A DNA stretch of 64,000 nucleotides from Ranitomeya imitator (GCF_032444005.1 NC_091285.1:10292001-10356000); one strand, 5' to 3'. Positions 49,401-62,099 are shown, counted from the stretch's first letter. Made by a program: numbers and translations. The notes: a model not told the origin generated them from the letters alone.

Positions 49401-50160
49401 TGCAGCAGTATCCAGAGCAAGCGGAATCCTGCAGAAGCATCCAGAGGGAGCGGAACCCTGCAGCAGCATCCAGAGCGTGCGGAATCCTGCAGCAGCATCC
49501 AGCGCAAGCGGAATCCTGCAGCAGCATCCAGAGGGAGCGGAACCCTGCAGCAGCATCCAGAGCGTGCGGAATCCTGCAGCAGCATCCAGAGCAAATCGAA
49601 TTCTGCAGCAGCATCAAGAGCAAGCAGAATCCTGCAGCAGCATCAAGAGCAAGCGGAATCCTGCAGCAGCATCCAAAGCAAGCGGAAAACTGCAGCAGCA
49701 TCCAGAGAAAGCGGAATCCTGCAGCAGCATCCAGAGCGAGCGGAATCCTGCAGCAGAATCCAGAGCCAGTGGAATCCTGCAGAAGGATCCAGAGCGAGCG
49801 GAATCCTGCAGCAGCATCCAGAGGGAGCCAAATCCTACAGTAGCATCCAGAGCGAGCGGAATCCTGCAGCAGCATCCAGAGCAAATCGAATTCTGCAGCA
49901 GCATCAAGAGCAAGCGTAATCCTGCAGCAGCATCCAAAGCAAGTGGAAAACTGCAGCAGCATCCAGAGCAAGCGGAATCCTGCAGCAGCATCCAGAGCGA
50001 ACGGAATCCTGCAGCACCATCCAGAGCGAGCGGAATCCTACAGCAGCATCCAGAGCGAGCGGAACCCTGCAGCAGCATCCAGAGAAAGCGGAATCCTGCA
50101 GCAGCATCTAGAATGAGTGGAATCCTGCAGCAGCATTCAGAGCAAGCAGAGTCCTGCAGC
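46449..50160. repeat. 29-bp minisatellite (about 128 units) upstream of NRIP2
   Basis: Unit GCAGCATCCAGAGCGAGCGGAATCCTGCA; 464-bp (16-monomer) block duplication. Confidence 0.97.
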
Positions 50161-50789
50161 ACCAAACCCGGAAGATTACTTAAAGGGGAACTGCACTGTG
50201 CAGCCACTATAATAGAAAATACATATTAAACCTAGAACATAAAAAAAAATAGCTTAAGCTTACAGGACAATTCCTTATTGCATAAATGAAGGATAAATTA
50301 CTTAAAGGGGGTGCCGTAATGATGTTATCTTGCATCAATAAGTGGCAAATTGCAAATAGGAGAATTCTACATAAATTTAAAAATCTTTTACCCAGTTTTC
50401 CTACTAACAGATACAAGTATAGTATGACTTGTTGATGAGTGCTTCTGAACACGTACAAAGAGTTAAAAAATTGAGGGCCGTCGGCCAAGAGTCCAAATGT
50501 TTAGATGGCAGAGCAGAATATTATTCCCACGCTCCATATCTGCAAGAACAGACGGCTCTATTAATAAATATAGGGGCCTCTATATATACACTCTCCTCCG
50601 CCTCTGTTTACACGCAGTGTCTCTGGTCTATTCACTGGCGCTGTAACCACTGCGTCAAAGCAGAGATCAAGATGAAGCTTTATTCAACAAAACGTGACTA
50701 CATTTTATAAACCGAAAAATCAGTGGCATCTTCAAATTATATTACTACATTAGTCACTTTGGCCCCAAGACATGACACAGATCATACAT

Positions 50790-52185
50790 AATTACACAGT
50801 CACCAGTAGAGGGAGCTCATTACCTACAGATTTATACAGCCACCACAAGAGGGAGATCACTACATACAGATTTATACAGTCACCACTAGAGGGAGATCAC
50901 TACATACAGATTTATACAGCCACCACTAGAGGGAGCTCACTACATACAAATTTATACAGCCACCACTAGAGGGAGCTCACTACATACAGATTTATACAGT
51001 CACCACTAAAGGAAGCACACAAAATACAGACTTATACAGCCACCACTAGAGGGAGATCACTACATACAGACTTATACAGCCACCACTAGAGGGAGATCAC
51101 TACATACAGACTTATACAGTCACCACTAGAGGGAGCTCACTACATACAGATTTATATATACAGTCACCACTAGAGGGAGCTCACTACATACAGATTTATA
51201 CAGCCACCACTAGAGGGAGCTCACTACATACAGATTATACAGTCACCACTAGAGGGAGCTCACTACACACAGATTTATACAGCCACCACTAGAGGGAGCT
51301 CACTACATACAGATTAAACAGTCACCACTAGAGGGAGCTCACTACATACAGATTTATACAGCCACCACTAGAGGGAGCTCACTACATACAGATTTATACA
51401 GCCACCACTAGAGGGAGCTCACTACATACAGATTTATACAGTCACCACTAGAGGGAGCTCACTACATACAGATTATACAGTCACCACTAGAGGGAGCTCA
51501 CTACACACAGATTTATACAGCCACCACTAGAGGGAGCTCACTACATACAGATTTATACAGCCACCACTAGAGGGAGCTCACTACATACAGATTATACAGT
51601 CACCAATAGAGGGAGCTCACTACATATAGATTTATACAGCCACCACTAGAGGGAGATCACTACATACAGATTTATACAGCCACCACTAGAGGGAGCTCAC
51701 TACATACAGATTTATACAGCCCCCACTAGAGGGAGCACACTACATACAGATTTATACAGCCACCACTAGAGGGAGATCACTACATATAGATTTATACAGC
51801 CACCACTAGAGGGAGCTCACTACATACAGATTTATACAGCCACCACTAGAGGGAGCTCACTACATACAGATTTATACAGCCACCACTAGAGGGAGATCAC
51901 TACATATAGATTTATACAGCCACCACTAGAGGGAGCTCACTACATACAGATTTATACAGCCACCACTAGAGGGAGATCACTACATATAGATTTATACAGC
52001 CACCACTAGAGGGAGCTCACTACATACAGATTTATACAGCCACCACTAGAGGGAGCTCACTACATACAGATTTATACAGTCAACACTAGAGGGAGCTCAC
52101 TACATACAGATTTATACAGTCAACACTAGAGGGAGCTCACTACATACAGATTTATGTGGCCTCCACTAGATGGAGCTCACTGAAT
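50790..52185 (+). repeat. 40-bp minisatellite (about 35 units) sharing the CCACTAG(A/G)GGGAGCTC core with the 57-bp satellite
   Basis: Unit CAGATTTATACAGCCACCACTAGAGGGAGCTCACTACATA. Confidence 0.95.
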
Positions 52186-52199
52186 TTAGTTGTATGAGA

Positions 52200-52585
52200 C
52201 TTCTACAGCTCCCTTCTACACAATATGATGTCCCCACAACTCCCCAATACACAGTATAATGCCCCTACAGCTCCTCTACACACAGTATAATGTCCCCACA
52301 GCTATTCTGTACACAGTATAATACACCACAGTTCACCTATACACAGTATGATATACCCACTGCTCCTCTATGCACATTACGATGTCCCCATAGCTCCCCT
52401 ATACACAGTATGATGGGCCAAAAAGTTCCCTTATACACAGTACAATGTCCATAAACTATATGATGCTCCCTTAGTTGCCCACACACTGTATGATATGTAC
52501 GATGGACCCCCTTAGCAGCCCCCACACTGTATGATGCCCTCTTAGTAGCCCCCACACTGTATTATGACCCGTTTAATAGTCCCCA
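52200..52585. repeat. Degenerate about 30-bp repeat related to the 31-bp unit at 40805
   Basis: Recurring ACACAGTAT(A/G)ATG(T)CCCC..AGCTCC. Confidence 0.6.
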
Positions 52586-52875
52586 CACACTATCGTGCAG
52601 CACGCTGATACAGCTGAGAGTGGCAGTCGCTCTGAGTGGGCACTTCAGAGTCAGGGGCCCCTTCTGTCATCCCCCCCCCCCCCGCAGCTACACTACTGTA
52701 CAGACACCGTTCAATAAAAAGAGCTCACTACATGCACAGTTATACTTCTGCCTCTAGGGGGAGCTCACTGCATACATATATTTATGTCTACCACAGACAC
52801 AATTCTATAGCCACCACTAGGGGCGCAATGTAAGAAATATTACAGTGAAACACAAACCCCAGAAAATGTGTAGAG

Positions 52876-53061
52876 CAGTGTTTCTCAACTCCAGTCCTCA
52901 AGCCCCCACAACAGGTCATGTTTTCAGGATTTCAATAGTATTGCACAGGTGATAATTTCATCACCTGCTCAAGCATTAATTCCATCGCCTATGCAATACT
53001 AAGGAAATCCTGAAAACATGACCTGTTGTGGGGTCTTGAGGACTGGAGTTGAGAGACACTG
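52876..53061. mobile_element. hAT-type MITE, 186 bp, 8-bp TSD
   Basis: TSD GTGTAGAG at 52868-52875 and 53062-53069; TIR CAGTGTTTCTCAACTCCAGTCCTCAAG / CTTGAGGACTGGAGTTGAGAGACACTG; largely palindromic. Confidence 0.95.
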
Positions 53062-53344
53062 GTGTAGAGTGATTTTCATAGGTGTCTGGATAGTTCTGCA
53101 CAAATAATATGACACTAGGAAAGGGACATCTAAAATCTAATTTAGGGAGTGATCATGGTGGAACACTTATTGTGGTGCACACCAGATTACTAGAGGAAGG
53201 GTGGTGCTAAACCCAAAGTGTGCATCATTGTATATACACACATATATTGACACTATACAGCAAGTTACCTGCATGTACCATCCCAGCCACGCAGACCCCT
53301 CTTTAACGCTAGTTCTCAGCAGTCTCAGACCACCATGTATAACA

Positions 53345-53633
53345 TTATATAGAGGGATCATCATTATTCTCATCTGCACATGGAAGAACAAGAAGCCATG
53401 GGATGAAACTGAAAGGGAGAAGACACAGATTAGATATTAGAAAGGTTACGGTGAGGGTGATCGATGAGTGGAGCAGGCGGCCATGAGAGGTGGTGAGTTC
53501 TCCTTCAATGGAAGTCTTCACACTGAGGCTGGACAGACATGTCTGAGATGGTTTAGTGACTCCTGCATTGAGCGGGGGGTGGGACACGATGACCCCGGGG
53601 GTCTCTTCCAGCTCTAATATTCTAGGATTCTAT
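53345..53633 (+). mobile_element. CR1 LINE 3' fragment
   Basis: Decayed RSHGMKLKGRRHRLDIRK..TVRVIDEWSRRP.EVVSSPSMEVF..RLDRH, then the CR1-type 3' UTR and ATTCTAGG/ATTCTAT tail. Confidence 0.88.
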
Positions 53634-53867
53634 TATCATACCTAGACCCTTTATATCAAGTAGAAAGTTGTCCGGTCTTATATCAAAATATGAAGAGATA
53701 TTAATTCTCTTTTCATCTCTGCATCTTATATTTAGGCCACGTCTTACTTTATGAATATTTCAAGAAACAGTCAGGCGCCACCTTTTTTTCCCTCACCAGC
53801 CTGGTGACAGCATGTAGAAGGTGTTCCCAGGGTCTTCATCTACCGATTTGCTAAGAGTCCTCATTAA

Positions 53868-54686
53868 AGGGAACCTGTCACCCCGTTTTTTGAGATTGAG
53901 CTATAAATACTGTTAAATAGGGCCTGCGCTGTGTGTTCCTATAGTGTATGTAGTGTACCCCGATTCCCCATGTATGCTGAGAAATAACTTACCAAAGTCG
54001 CCGTTTTCGCCTGTCAATCAGGCTGGTCAGGTCGGGAGGGCGTGGTGACATCGCTGGTTCTTCCTCAGCTTTACGTTGGTGGCGTAGTGGCGTAGTGGTG
54101 AACAAGCAGCGCGCGATCTGCGCTGTCATCCCTTTCGTCGGTGGGGGCGGCCATCTTCCTGGGGCCGCGCGTGCGCAGATCGAGTGCTCTGCTGCACGGG
54201 GCTTCAGGAAAATGGCCGCGAGATGCCGCGCGTGCGCATTAGAGATCGCGGCGGCCATTTTCCCAAAGCCGAGTTTGCATCTCGGCTTTGGGAAAATGGC
54301 CGCCGCGATCTCTAATGCGCATGCGCGGCATCCCGCGGCCATTTTCCTGAAGCCCCGTGCAGCAGAGCACTCGATCTGCGCACGCGCGGCCCCAGGAAGA
54401 TGGCCGCCCCCACCGACGAAAGGGATGACAGCGCAGATCGCGCGCTGCTTGTTCACCACTACGCCACTACGCCACCAACGTAAAGCTGAGGAAGAACCAG
54501 CGATGTCACCACGCCCTCCCGACCTGACCAGCCTGATTGACAGGCGAAAACGGCGACTTTGGTAAGTTATTTCTCAGCATACATGGGGAATCGGGGTACA
54601 CTACATACACTATAGGAACACACAGCGCAGGCCCTATTTAACAGTATTTATAGCTCAATCTCAAAAAACGGGGTGACAGGTTCCCT
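53868..54686. mobile_element. T2/Kolobok-type MITE, 819-bp near-perfect palindrome, TTAA TSD
   Basis: TTAA|AGGGAACCTGTCACCCCG...CGGGGTGACAGGTTCCCT|TTAA; 406-bp arms, 7-nt centre 54274-54280. Confidence 0.95.
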
Positions 54687-54944
54687 TTAATATATTTGCT
54701 AACATGAACCAGACATCGCAAATGATTGTCATTCTGAAGAAGACCCTACTAATACTGTGCGACATCCCGCTGGGTGGGCTCTCCGCCAATGAATAAGAAC
54801 AATACACAAACCCGTGGGTTATAATAAGAGATTACTGTAATGTGAAAAGTATACAGGAGTGGGGACATTTCCAGCATAAGACAATACCTCATAAAAGCCT
54901 CAGGTACATGACCAGCGAAGAGGCCGAAAACTCCCAGAATGAAA

Positions 54945-55220
54945 GATGTCGGCCATTTTCTCTTGTCAGTGTCGTTTACCTCACACACCGACCAGCGCTT
55001 ATATCCATACAGAGGCTGCAGGGGGAGGAGCATGTGAGCAGATCAGGCCATCAGCCTCCTCCAATAGGAAAACACCTCACATGGGAAAGCTGCTTTCCTA
55101 TTGGAGGAGGCTGATGGCCTGATGTGCTCACATGCCCCTCCCCCTACAGTCATTATATAAACAGAAGTGCTGGTCAGCGTCTGAGGTAAGCTGCACTAAG
55201 AAGAGACAATGGCCGACCCC
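54945..55220. mobile_element. Decayed palindromic MITE remnant
   Basis: Inner arms CATGTGAGCAGATCAGGCCATCAGCCTCCTCCAATAGGAAA / TTTCCTATTGGAGGAGGCTGATGGCCTGATGTGCTCACATG; outer arms degenerate. Confidence 0.7.
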
Positions 55221-55529
55221 ACTCAGCAGTCCCGGACCACCATGTATAATGTTAGAGAGGTAGGGAATGGTCCGTTCTTACTTTAACTATCCTTAGCATT
55301 GAAGAGGACATTTTGAAAACATTCTTGAAAGACATTTATCAGTCAGCGGTTCTCTCCTCTATGTAGAGGCCTTCTAAAAGATGGTTATCACATGTAGTAG
55401 GTGTAAGTCTCCTGTCACACATGCCTATTAATTATGCCACAGCTTACTGCTTGAACTTTTTGGAAAACAGACAGGAGCCATCTTCTTTCTTCTTGGTTTC
55501 TTTGTTCTTACAAATCATATGTATATATA

Positions 55530-55860
55530 TGCCCTCCATCCTGTAATATACTGTACGTCATCCATCCTGGTATATGTCTCTTATCCTGTTATATATATCC
55601 CTCATCCTGGTATATATACCAGTACGTCCTCTATCCTGATATACATATCCCTTATCCTGGGCTCTATTCTGGTGTATACTGTATATCCCTCACCCTGGTA
55701 TAGATGTCCCTTATCCTGGGCCCCATCCAGACATATATATCCCTCATCCTTGTATATATATCTGTCACCCTGGTTTGAATGACCCTTATCCTGGGCCCCA
55801 TCCTGGTATATGTCCCTTATCCTGGGCCCCATCCTGGTATATATATATATCCCCCATCCT

Positions 55861-55928
<68 letters not shown>

Positions 55929-55995
55929 TCACCCTGATATAAATGTCCCTTATCCTGGGCCCAATCCTGGTATATTTATCCTCCCATCTTGGTAT
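55530..55995. repeat. Degenerate CCCTTATCCTGG(GCCC/TATA) repeat containing a (TA)n microsatellite of about 31 units (55863-55925)
   Basis: Direct inspection. Confidence 0.9.
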
Positions 55996-56489
55996 ATGTT
56001 CTTCATTTTGCCACTGTTCTTTAATGTATACTAAAAAAAAAAAATTATACTCATCTTCCCTGCGCTCCCCCGAAGCCGGCAGAGGTGCAATCCCTAATAA
56101 TAGATGATGAGAATAATCCTTTGACCTCACCATTTGAATTGAACCTTTGAGTTTTCCTCCTAAAATGGAGGTTTCCTTGTGCGTATCGCATTCCTTCTTT
56201 TCATCTTGTGTGTATGTGTCTGACTATGCTACAGAAATGCTTCCTACAATAATAATGACTTGTTGGGTCCTGATGAATGGAGCAAGGACGAAGGAAGGTT
56301 AATCCCTTAGATTCTGCAATCAATTCCTGATTGCAGTGTGTAAATTGTTAAATCGGGTTGGGTGTTCCGTTAACGTGCTCATCGCCACGGGAGGACTAGG
56401 ATGGGAGCCATGGGAGCCTTCAGGAGACCCCAGCAGTCATGACTGCTGCTTGTTACTTGTCCATAGTAATTACCTGGCTATTGAACCAG

Positions 56490-56775
56490 TTCTCTGCCCT
56501 TGATTGCTGCCAATTATAGCATGAGATGTGTTCTTGCTCTGTGCTCCTAGTAATGTATTCTGATCTTTGATGCTCGACCTAGGATTTGTCTTGACCATCT
56601 GTTTGCCTAGCCCCATTTGTTGTGATCTACCTTCTTGAAATATTGACCTCGAACCTTTTCCTGACTATGCCTTTATCTCACCGCTCTGTCTATGACGTAC
56701 CCTCTTGGCTTTTGACCTCAGACCTCTTGACTACCCAGCCTCACCGCTTATCTGTGAGTAGTGGCTAGAGTCACC
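56490..56775 (+). mobile_element. LTR-like fragment; related copy at about 63240-63480
   Basis: Both end with CTTGACTA(C/T)CCAGCCTCAC.GCTT...TGTGAGTAG.G.CTAG.GTCAC after pyrimidine-rich TGAC repeats. Confidence 0.4.
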
Positions 56776-57444
56776 CTGTAGCTTTCTCTCCCGACTCCTC
56801 CATACACAGGTGAACTCCCTCTGCCGAGCGTTGTTGTTTTCTCTATGAAGGTATGTGCATATGATGTCTTTTTCTGAAGGGTCCATTCAAAACCTAAAGA
56901 AATTATAAAAATAATGAACATAGTGATGTAATCGCACCTTGCTGTGCATATGTTCAGCCTTTTTGAGCCTCTTCAGGTTTCTAAAGCCTTGAAGCAGTGC
57001 ATAAAACATGCTGTGTGCACAAACCCTAATGGAGCCACCGCTGGACTCCTCTGGTCATGGCTTATATAGCCGATCACAAATGGATCAGTGGTCCAAAATC
57101 TGACAAATCAGATCCTTATCAGATTATAACAATATATTTTATTAGGTGAGTCAGTACAAATAATCAATGCGGAATAACAAACCAATAATCCATTAAAAAC
57201 ATTTAAAAGTGCAGAACAACACAAAACTAAATACAAAACTTGTCAAACCATGAGAAGTATTGGGGTCAATACCTCCTATCTCATTATAGAATAGAAAATA
57301 CAACATATAAAATACTGTGTAAAGTGCCATGTGCTAAGAGAATCTGTGCATTGTAGGTATTGGGACAACCGTTCTCTTCTCCTCTCTCTGTTCTCCATGC
57401 TTAGTGTTACACACACAGACACACAATGCAAAGATTGACTCAAC

Positions 57445-57767
57445 GTCTCCCCTTTTTATCTGGTTTCAGATGTGATTTTCATATTGCCCACACCTGTTAC
57501 TTGCCACAGGTGAGTGTGAACAAGCATCACATACTTGTTTAAGCACAATTTTGGAAAGGTGCCAACCATTGTATACAGCTCATTATGGGGATTTTGTGTG
57601 AAATGTTGTCCAATTTGGCTGTTTCTATGTTTTTTTGTACTGTTCCAATACACACAAAGGAAATAAACATGTGTATAACAAAATGTGTCATTGCAATAAT
57701 TTTCTGGGAGAAATACTTCATTTTTTTGGAACAATTTCAATGGTTCCAACACTTTCGGCCATGACTG
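57445..57767 (-). mobile_element. Terminal fragment of the Tc1 family at 13039-13863
   Basis: Matches 13567-13863 (CTCCCCTTTTTATCTGGTTTCAG...CCACACCTGTTACTTGCCACAGGTGAG...GGCCATGACTG|TA). Confidence 0.85.
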
Positions 57768-57882
57768 TAGGTGCTAGCCACTATTTATGTTTTTCGGATC
57801 CTTATCAAATGATGTTGGGGTGAGGGTGTTGAGAGGCTCCCATGAACATTAGACATCGATGGTCGCGGTCGACATTACTTAA

Positions 57883-59167
57883 CCCCTTGCCGGCATCGGA
57901 CGTACTATACTGTCCGATGCCGGCTCCCCTGCTTTGATGCAGGGCTCCGCGGTGAGCCCGCACCAAAGCCGGGACATGTCAGCTGTTTTGAACAGCTGAC
58001 ATGTGCCCGTAATAGGCGCGGGCAGAATCGCGATCTGCCCGCACCTATTAACTAGTTAAATGCCGCTGTCAAACGCAGACAGCGGCATTTAACTACCGCT
58101 TCCGGCCGGGCGGCCGGAAATTACGTCATCGCCGACCCCCGTCACATGTCCGGGGGTCGGCGATGCGTCTCCATTGTAGCCATAGAGGTCCTTGAGACCT
58201 CTATGGTTACTGATTGCCCGTCGCTGTGAGCGCCCCCCTGTGGTCGGCGCTCACAGCACACGTGCAATTCTGCTACATAGCAGCGATCAGCAGATCGCTG
58301 CTATGTAGCAGAGCCGATCGTGCTGTGCCTGCTTCTAGCCTCCCATAGAGGCTATTGAAGCATGGCAAAAGTTAAAAAAAAAAGTTTAAAAAAATGTGAA
58401 AAAAAATAAAAAAAACATAAAAGTTTAAATCACCCCCCTTTCGCCCCAATCAAAATAAATCAATAAAAAAAATATCAAATCTACGCATATTTGGTATCGC
58501 CGCGCTCAGAATTGCCCGATCTATCAAATAAAAAAAAGCATTAACCTGATCGCTAAACAGCGTAGCGGGAAAAAAACTCGAAACGCCAGAATTACGTTTT
58601 TTTGGTCGCCGCGACATTGCATTAAAATGCAATAACGGGCGATCAAAAGAACGTATCTGCACCGAAATGCTATCATTAAAAACGTCATCTCAGCACGCAA
58701 AAAATAAGCCCTCAACCGACCCCAGATCACGAAAAATGGAGACGCTACGAGTATCGGAAAATGGCGCAATTTTTTTTATTTTTTTTTTAGCAAAGTTTGG
58801 AATTTTTTTTCACCACTTAGATAAAAAATAACCTAGTCATGTTAAATGTCTATGAACTCGTACTGACCTGGAGAATCATAATGGCAGGTCATTTTTAGCA
58901 TTTAGTGAACCTAGCAAAAAAGCCAAACAAAAAACCAATGTGGGATTGCACTTTTTTTGCAATTTCACCGCACTTGGAATTTTTTTCCCGTTTTCTAGTA
59001 CACGACATGCTAAAACCAATGATGTCGTTCAAAAGTACAACTCGTCCCGCAAAAAATAAGCCCTCACATGGCCAAATTGACGGAAAAATAAAAAAGTTAT
59101 GGCTCTGGGAAGGAGGGGAGCGAAAAACGAACACGGAAAAACGAAAAATCCCCCGGTCATGAAGGGG
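57883..59167. mobile_element. piggyBac-type non-autonomous element, 1285 bp, TTAA TSD
   Basis: TTAA|CCCCTT...AAGGGG|TTAA; several internal hairpins; no coding capacity. Confidence 0.85.
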
Positions 59168-59204
59168 TTAATGTGTATGATGTGCGGGAGGGATCTGCTT
59201 AATA

Positions 59205-59385
59205 GCACTGGGGTCCGCCGTTCAAATCCCACCTAAGCTAACATCTGCAATGAGTTTAGATGGTCTCCCCGAGTTTGCGCGGGTTTTCTGCTCACGTTCC
59301 AAAGGCATACTAATAGGGAATATATATTGTGAGTCCTCATGGGGACAGTGATGATGATGTCTGTACAGTGCTATGGAATTTATGG
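59205..59385 (+). mobile_element. tRNA-derived SINE remnant (5'-truncated)
   Basis: B-box-like GTTCAAATCC at about 59219; central TGGTCTCCCCGAGTTTGCGCGGGTTT...CCAAAGGCATAC; L2-like tail GTACAGTGCTATGGAATTTATGG. Confidence 0.5.
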
Positions 59386-60535
59386 CCAAAGGAAAATAAT
59401 TGGTTAGAGAAGAAGGTGACAGCACGGGAAAATGGAGGGTGAAGTGTAAAGAGATGAGATAAAGAATGTTTAAGGATCTAATATCCAGGGAGATGTGGAT
59501 GGAGTTTATCTCTAGTGAGATGATGTGTGTGAGGGACTTGCGTATGATTTGTTGATGTTCTGGATCAAAAGTCAAAATTATGGATTTTTTTAATCCATAA
59601 TTTTAGAAGTATAATTTTTTTGTCTTTGCAGAGAATATAAGATGATATTCTGGTAGGGTTACATATAGGTTGAGCCAAAAGATTCTCAGGACCTTGGTTG
59701 AGTGGCCATTTCGGTAGACTACTGACCAAAACCCTACAAAAGTCCTACTGCCTGAGACCAGGGTGTGACGTCAGGACGAATCAGAATAGGAAACACGGAG
59801 GCCAAAGAGGTCCTAAGAGTAATAGGCCGTCATACACAAACAGAACAAATCCAATAAAGACGAAAGACCCCTAAAGAAAAGGTATAAACATAAATAATCT
59901 TTACTGAATGACAGAGGAAATGAATGAAAACATTAAAATCCAAGTGAGTGCGGAAAAATATGACATGGAAAAAATCAATGACAACACGTGATACACAATT
60001 ACATAGCTGAATCATATCACTATTGTTCCTGACAGTATAGTGAAAAATAGTAGCCTGGGAAGTCACTAAACGATCATTAGAGACGTATATAGAATTCTAC
60101 TAAATAGAGAAATAAAAGTGTCCATAACAATGTTGAGTGTAATAATTCATTGTAGAACAGACATCAATGGACGGTTAGTAAAGCTACCTAATAATACACC
60201 ACAATAATAATAAACCAGGTGACACTATAAGAGAGGATGCCCAAATAAATGACAATAATTGAGTAAAACTCACATCTTTCCAATAATAACAATAGTATGT
60301 ATGTTCCCCATTCATAAATGTGCGTATATGGAAAGAAGGAATCTGCTACCCGTCAATTAGGAGACATCACCTGTAGCTGTGAAACCCATAAACAGGAATC
60401 TCTATGGTCACATAGAATAATATAGAAAAAGAAAACAAAAAGCAGCACCAAAAGAAGACAGAGGGTGCAAAAAATCCTTCCAGGTATATACCAAACCTCA
60501 TGCTATTGTCCAGAAAGATGAAGGCAACACTCCAG

Positions 60536-60661
60536 TAGAAAAAATAAGAGTATTTTATTGGCCCATGTGCGACGTTTCAGTCCAAAGTGTGGCTTGAGAA
60601 AGGTCCACACTTTGGACTGAAACGTCGCACATGGGCCAATAAAATACTCTTATTTTTTCTA
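60536..60661. repeat. Perfect inverted repeat (57-bp arms, 12-nt loop), Penelope-type terminal fold-back
   Basis: 60536-60592 is the exact reverse complement of 60605-60661; contains GAAACGTC and AATAAA. Confidence 0.9.
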
Positions 60662-62099
60662 CACATAGAATAATAGAAATAAGGTGCAAAGTGCATCAAA
60701 GTCATAAAGCTGCATAATAAACCATTGATAACTCACAGTTCAAAATGTAATCAGAAGAGGGGTACAGACCTGTGCAGTCACAGGCGGTAATAAGAGTAAC
60801 ATGCCCAGTGCATGTTAATCATTGTCCCATAATCAAAGAGAATCCACAGCTCCAAAAGAGCAATTTGGAAGGAAAGCATAGAACCCACCGTCAGTCATAG
60901 ATCACCATGTGCCCCCTGACGCGCGTTTCACATCTAGCTTCGTTAGAAGGGGTTTTATCCTTTCTGATGAACAAACAATCCGTGTAGCCATAACAACCAC
61001 TATAATAACACCAGATAGTGGTAAAATAATATGCAGTATGCAAAGAACACACCATAATGCTGCCATATACTACACGCTTAATACTGTAAATCAGCTCCCA
61101 AATATTCAGATCACTAATTAATCCTGGGTGGCTTTGGCCTTTTTCCCTCAAAATAAAAATGGCCCTATTTACGTACTAGCAAATGTGCCCTTTGTCATAT
61201 TACATATATGGATAAACGTATGTACTTAACATAGTGTATAGATAGTAGCAATTCTGTTGAGGGAACAACCCTCATCCCTGCCGGTAACAAACGTGACACA
61301 TCCACTCCGCTTTTTCGGTCTGGGATTCCCTTTACGTTCTGAGATTTTGTCTGAAAATTCGGGACAATCCAGGAAAGTTCAAAACAATTGGCTGGTGTGA
61401 AAAGGAGAATCCCACGGCCTTTACCACCGCAAATGTACGAATGACTAGAACCTAAAACTTGAGGACCCAACTCAGACCCTCTTGCCTGACCATCAGCTTT
61501 ATCTATTGGAGCCAGGTAGTTGTCATAATTCACTATGATGTCTTAAACAATCTCTCGATTCCTCCTCCGTCGTCTACCGGTGACTGAGCTCATAGTGGCG
61601 GCCACCAGCCACCAGAACCTGTGAGGATCAGGAGCGGCAGATTGGCCGTCACTAGTGTGCTAGGTCCCATCTTGACACAGATATATTTCCAAAGCACCTT
61701 TGATCTTCTCAAGTATTGGGATGCGAGGGATGTGGCGGATCTTACTGTCTTGACTCCCAAAGGGTTAAACTTTTACTTTATATATTGTTTCTCGCTAATT
61801 ACTTTACTAACCTTGAGTCTCCATACATGACATTATCGCGGTATACCTTTGAGTTTCAGTCGGTTGTTGTTATAGCTCAAGGCTTAACTTTTATCATGTG
61901 ATCCAAAAAAAAAAAAAATGAGCGGCACTGTCCCACCACTCGGGTCTCACTTGACCAAATGCAGGTGCAAAATATCATAGAATTTCACTCTCCAATTGCC
62001 GTAATCTTATGCGACTTCGGGTGCTCTTTCCGAAAAACAGTCTTTGAACCAAAGTTTCTCAAGAAGAAAAAAGAGATGAAGGCACTCACCAGTCTTCCA

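Noticed and set aside
46502-50229. Gln/Ser-rich ORFs
   Set aside because: Products of the 29-bp satellite; not polyQ genes.
53989-54565. Mirror-image 156-aa ORFs on opposite strands
   Set aside because: Consequence of the 819-bp palindrome in GC-rich DNA; no recognisable domain.
55602-56133. IYIYIY ORFs
   Set aside because: (TA)n microsatellite.
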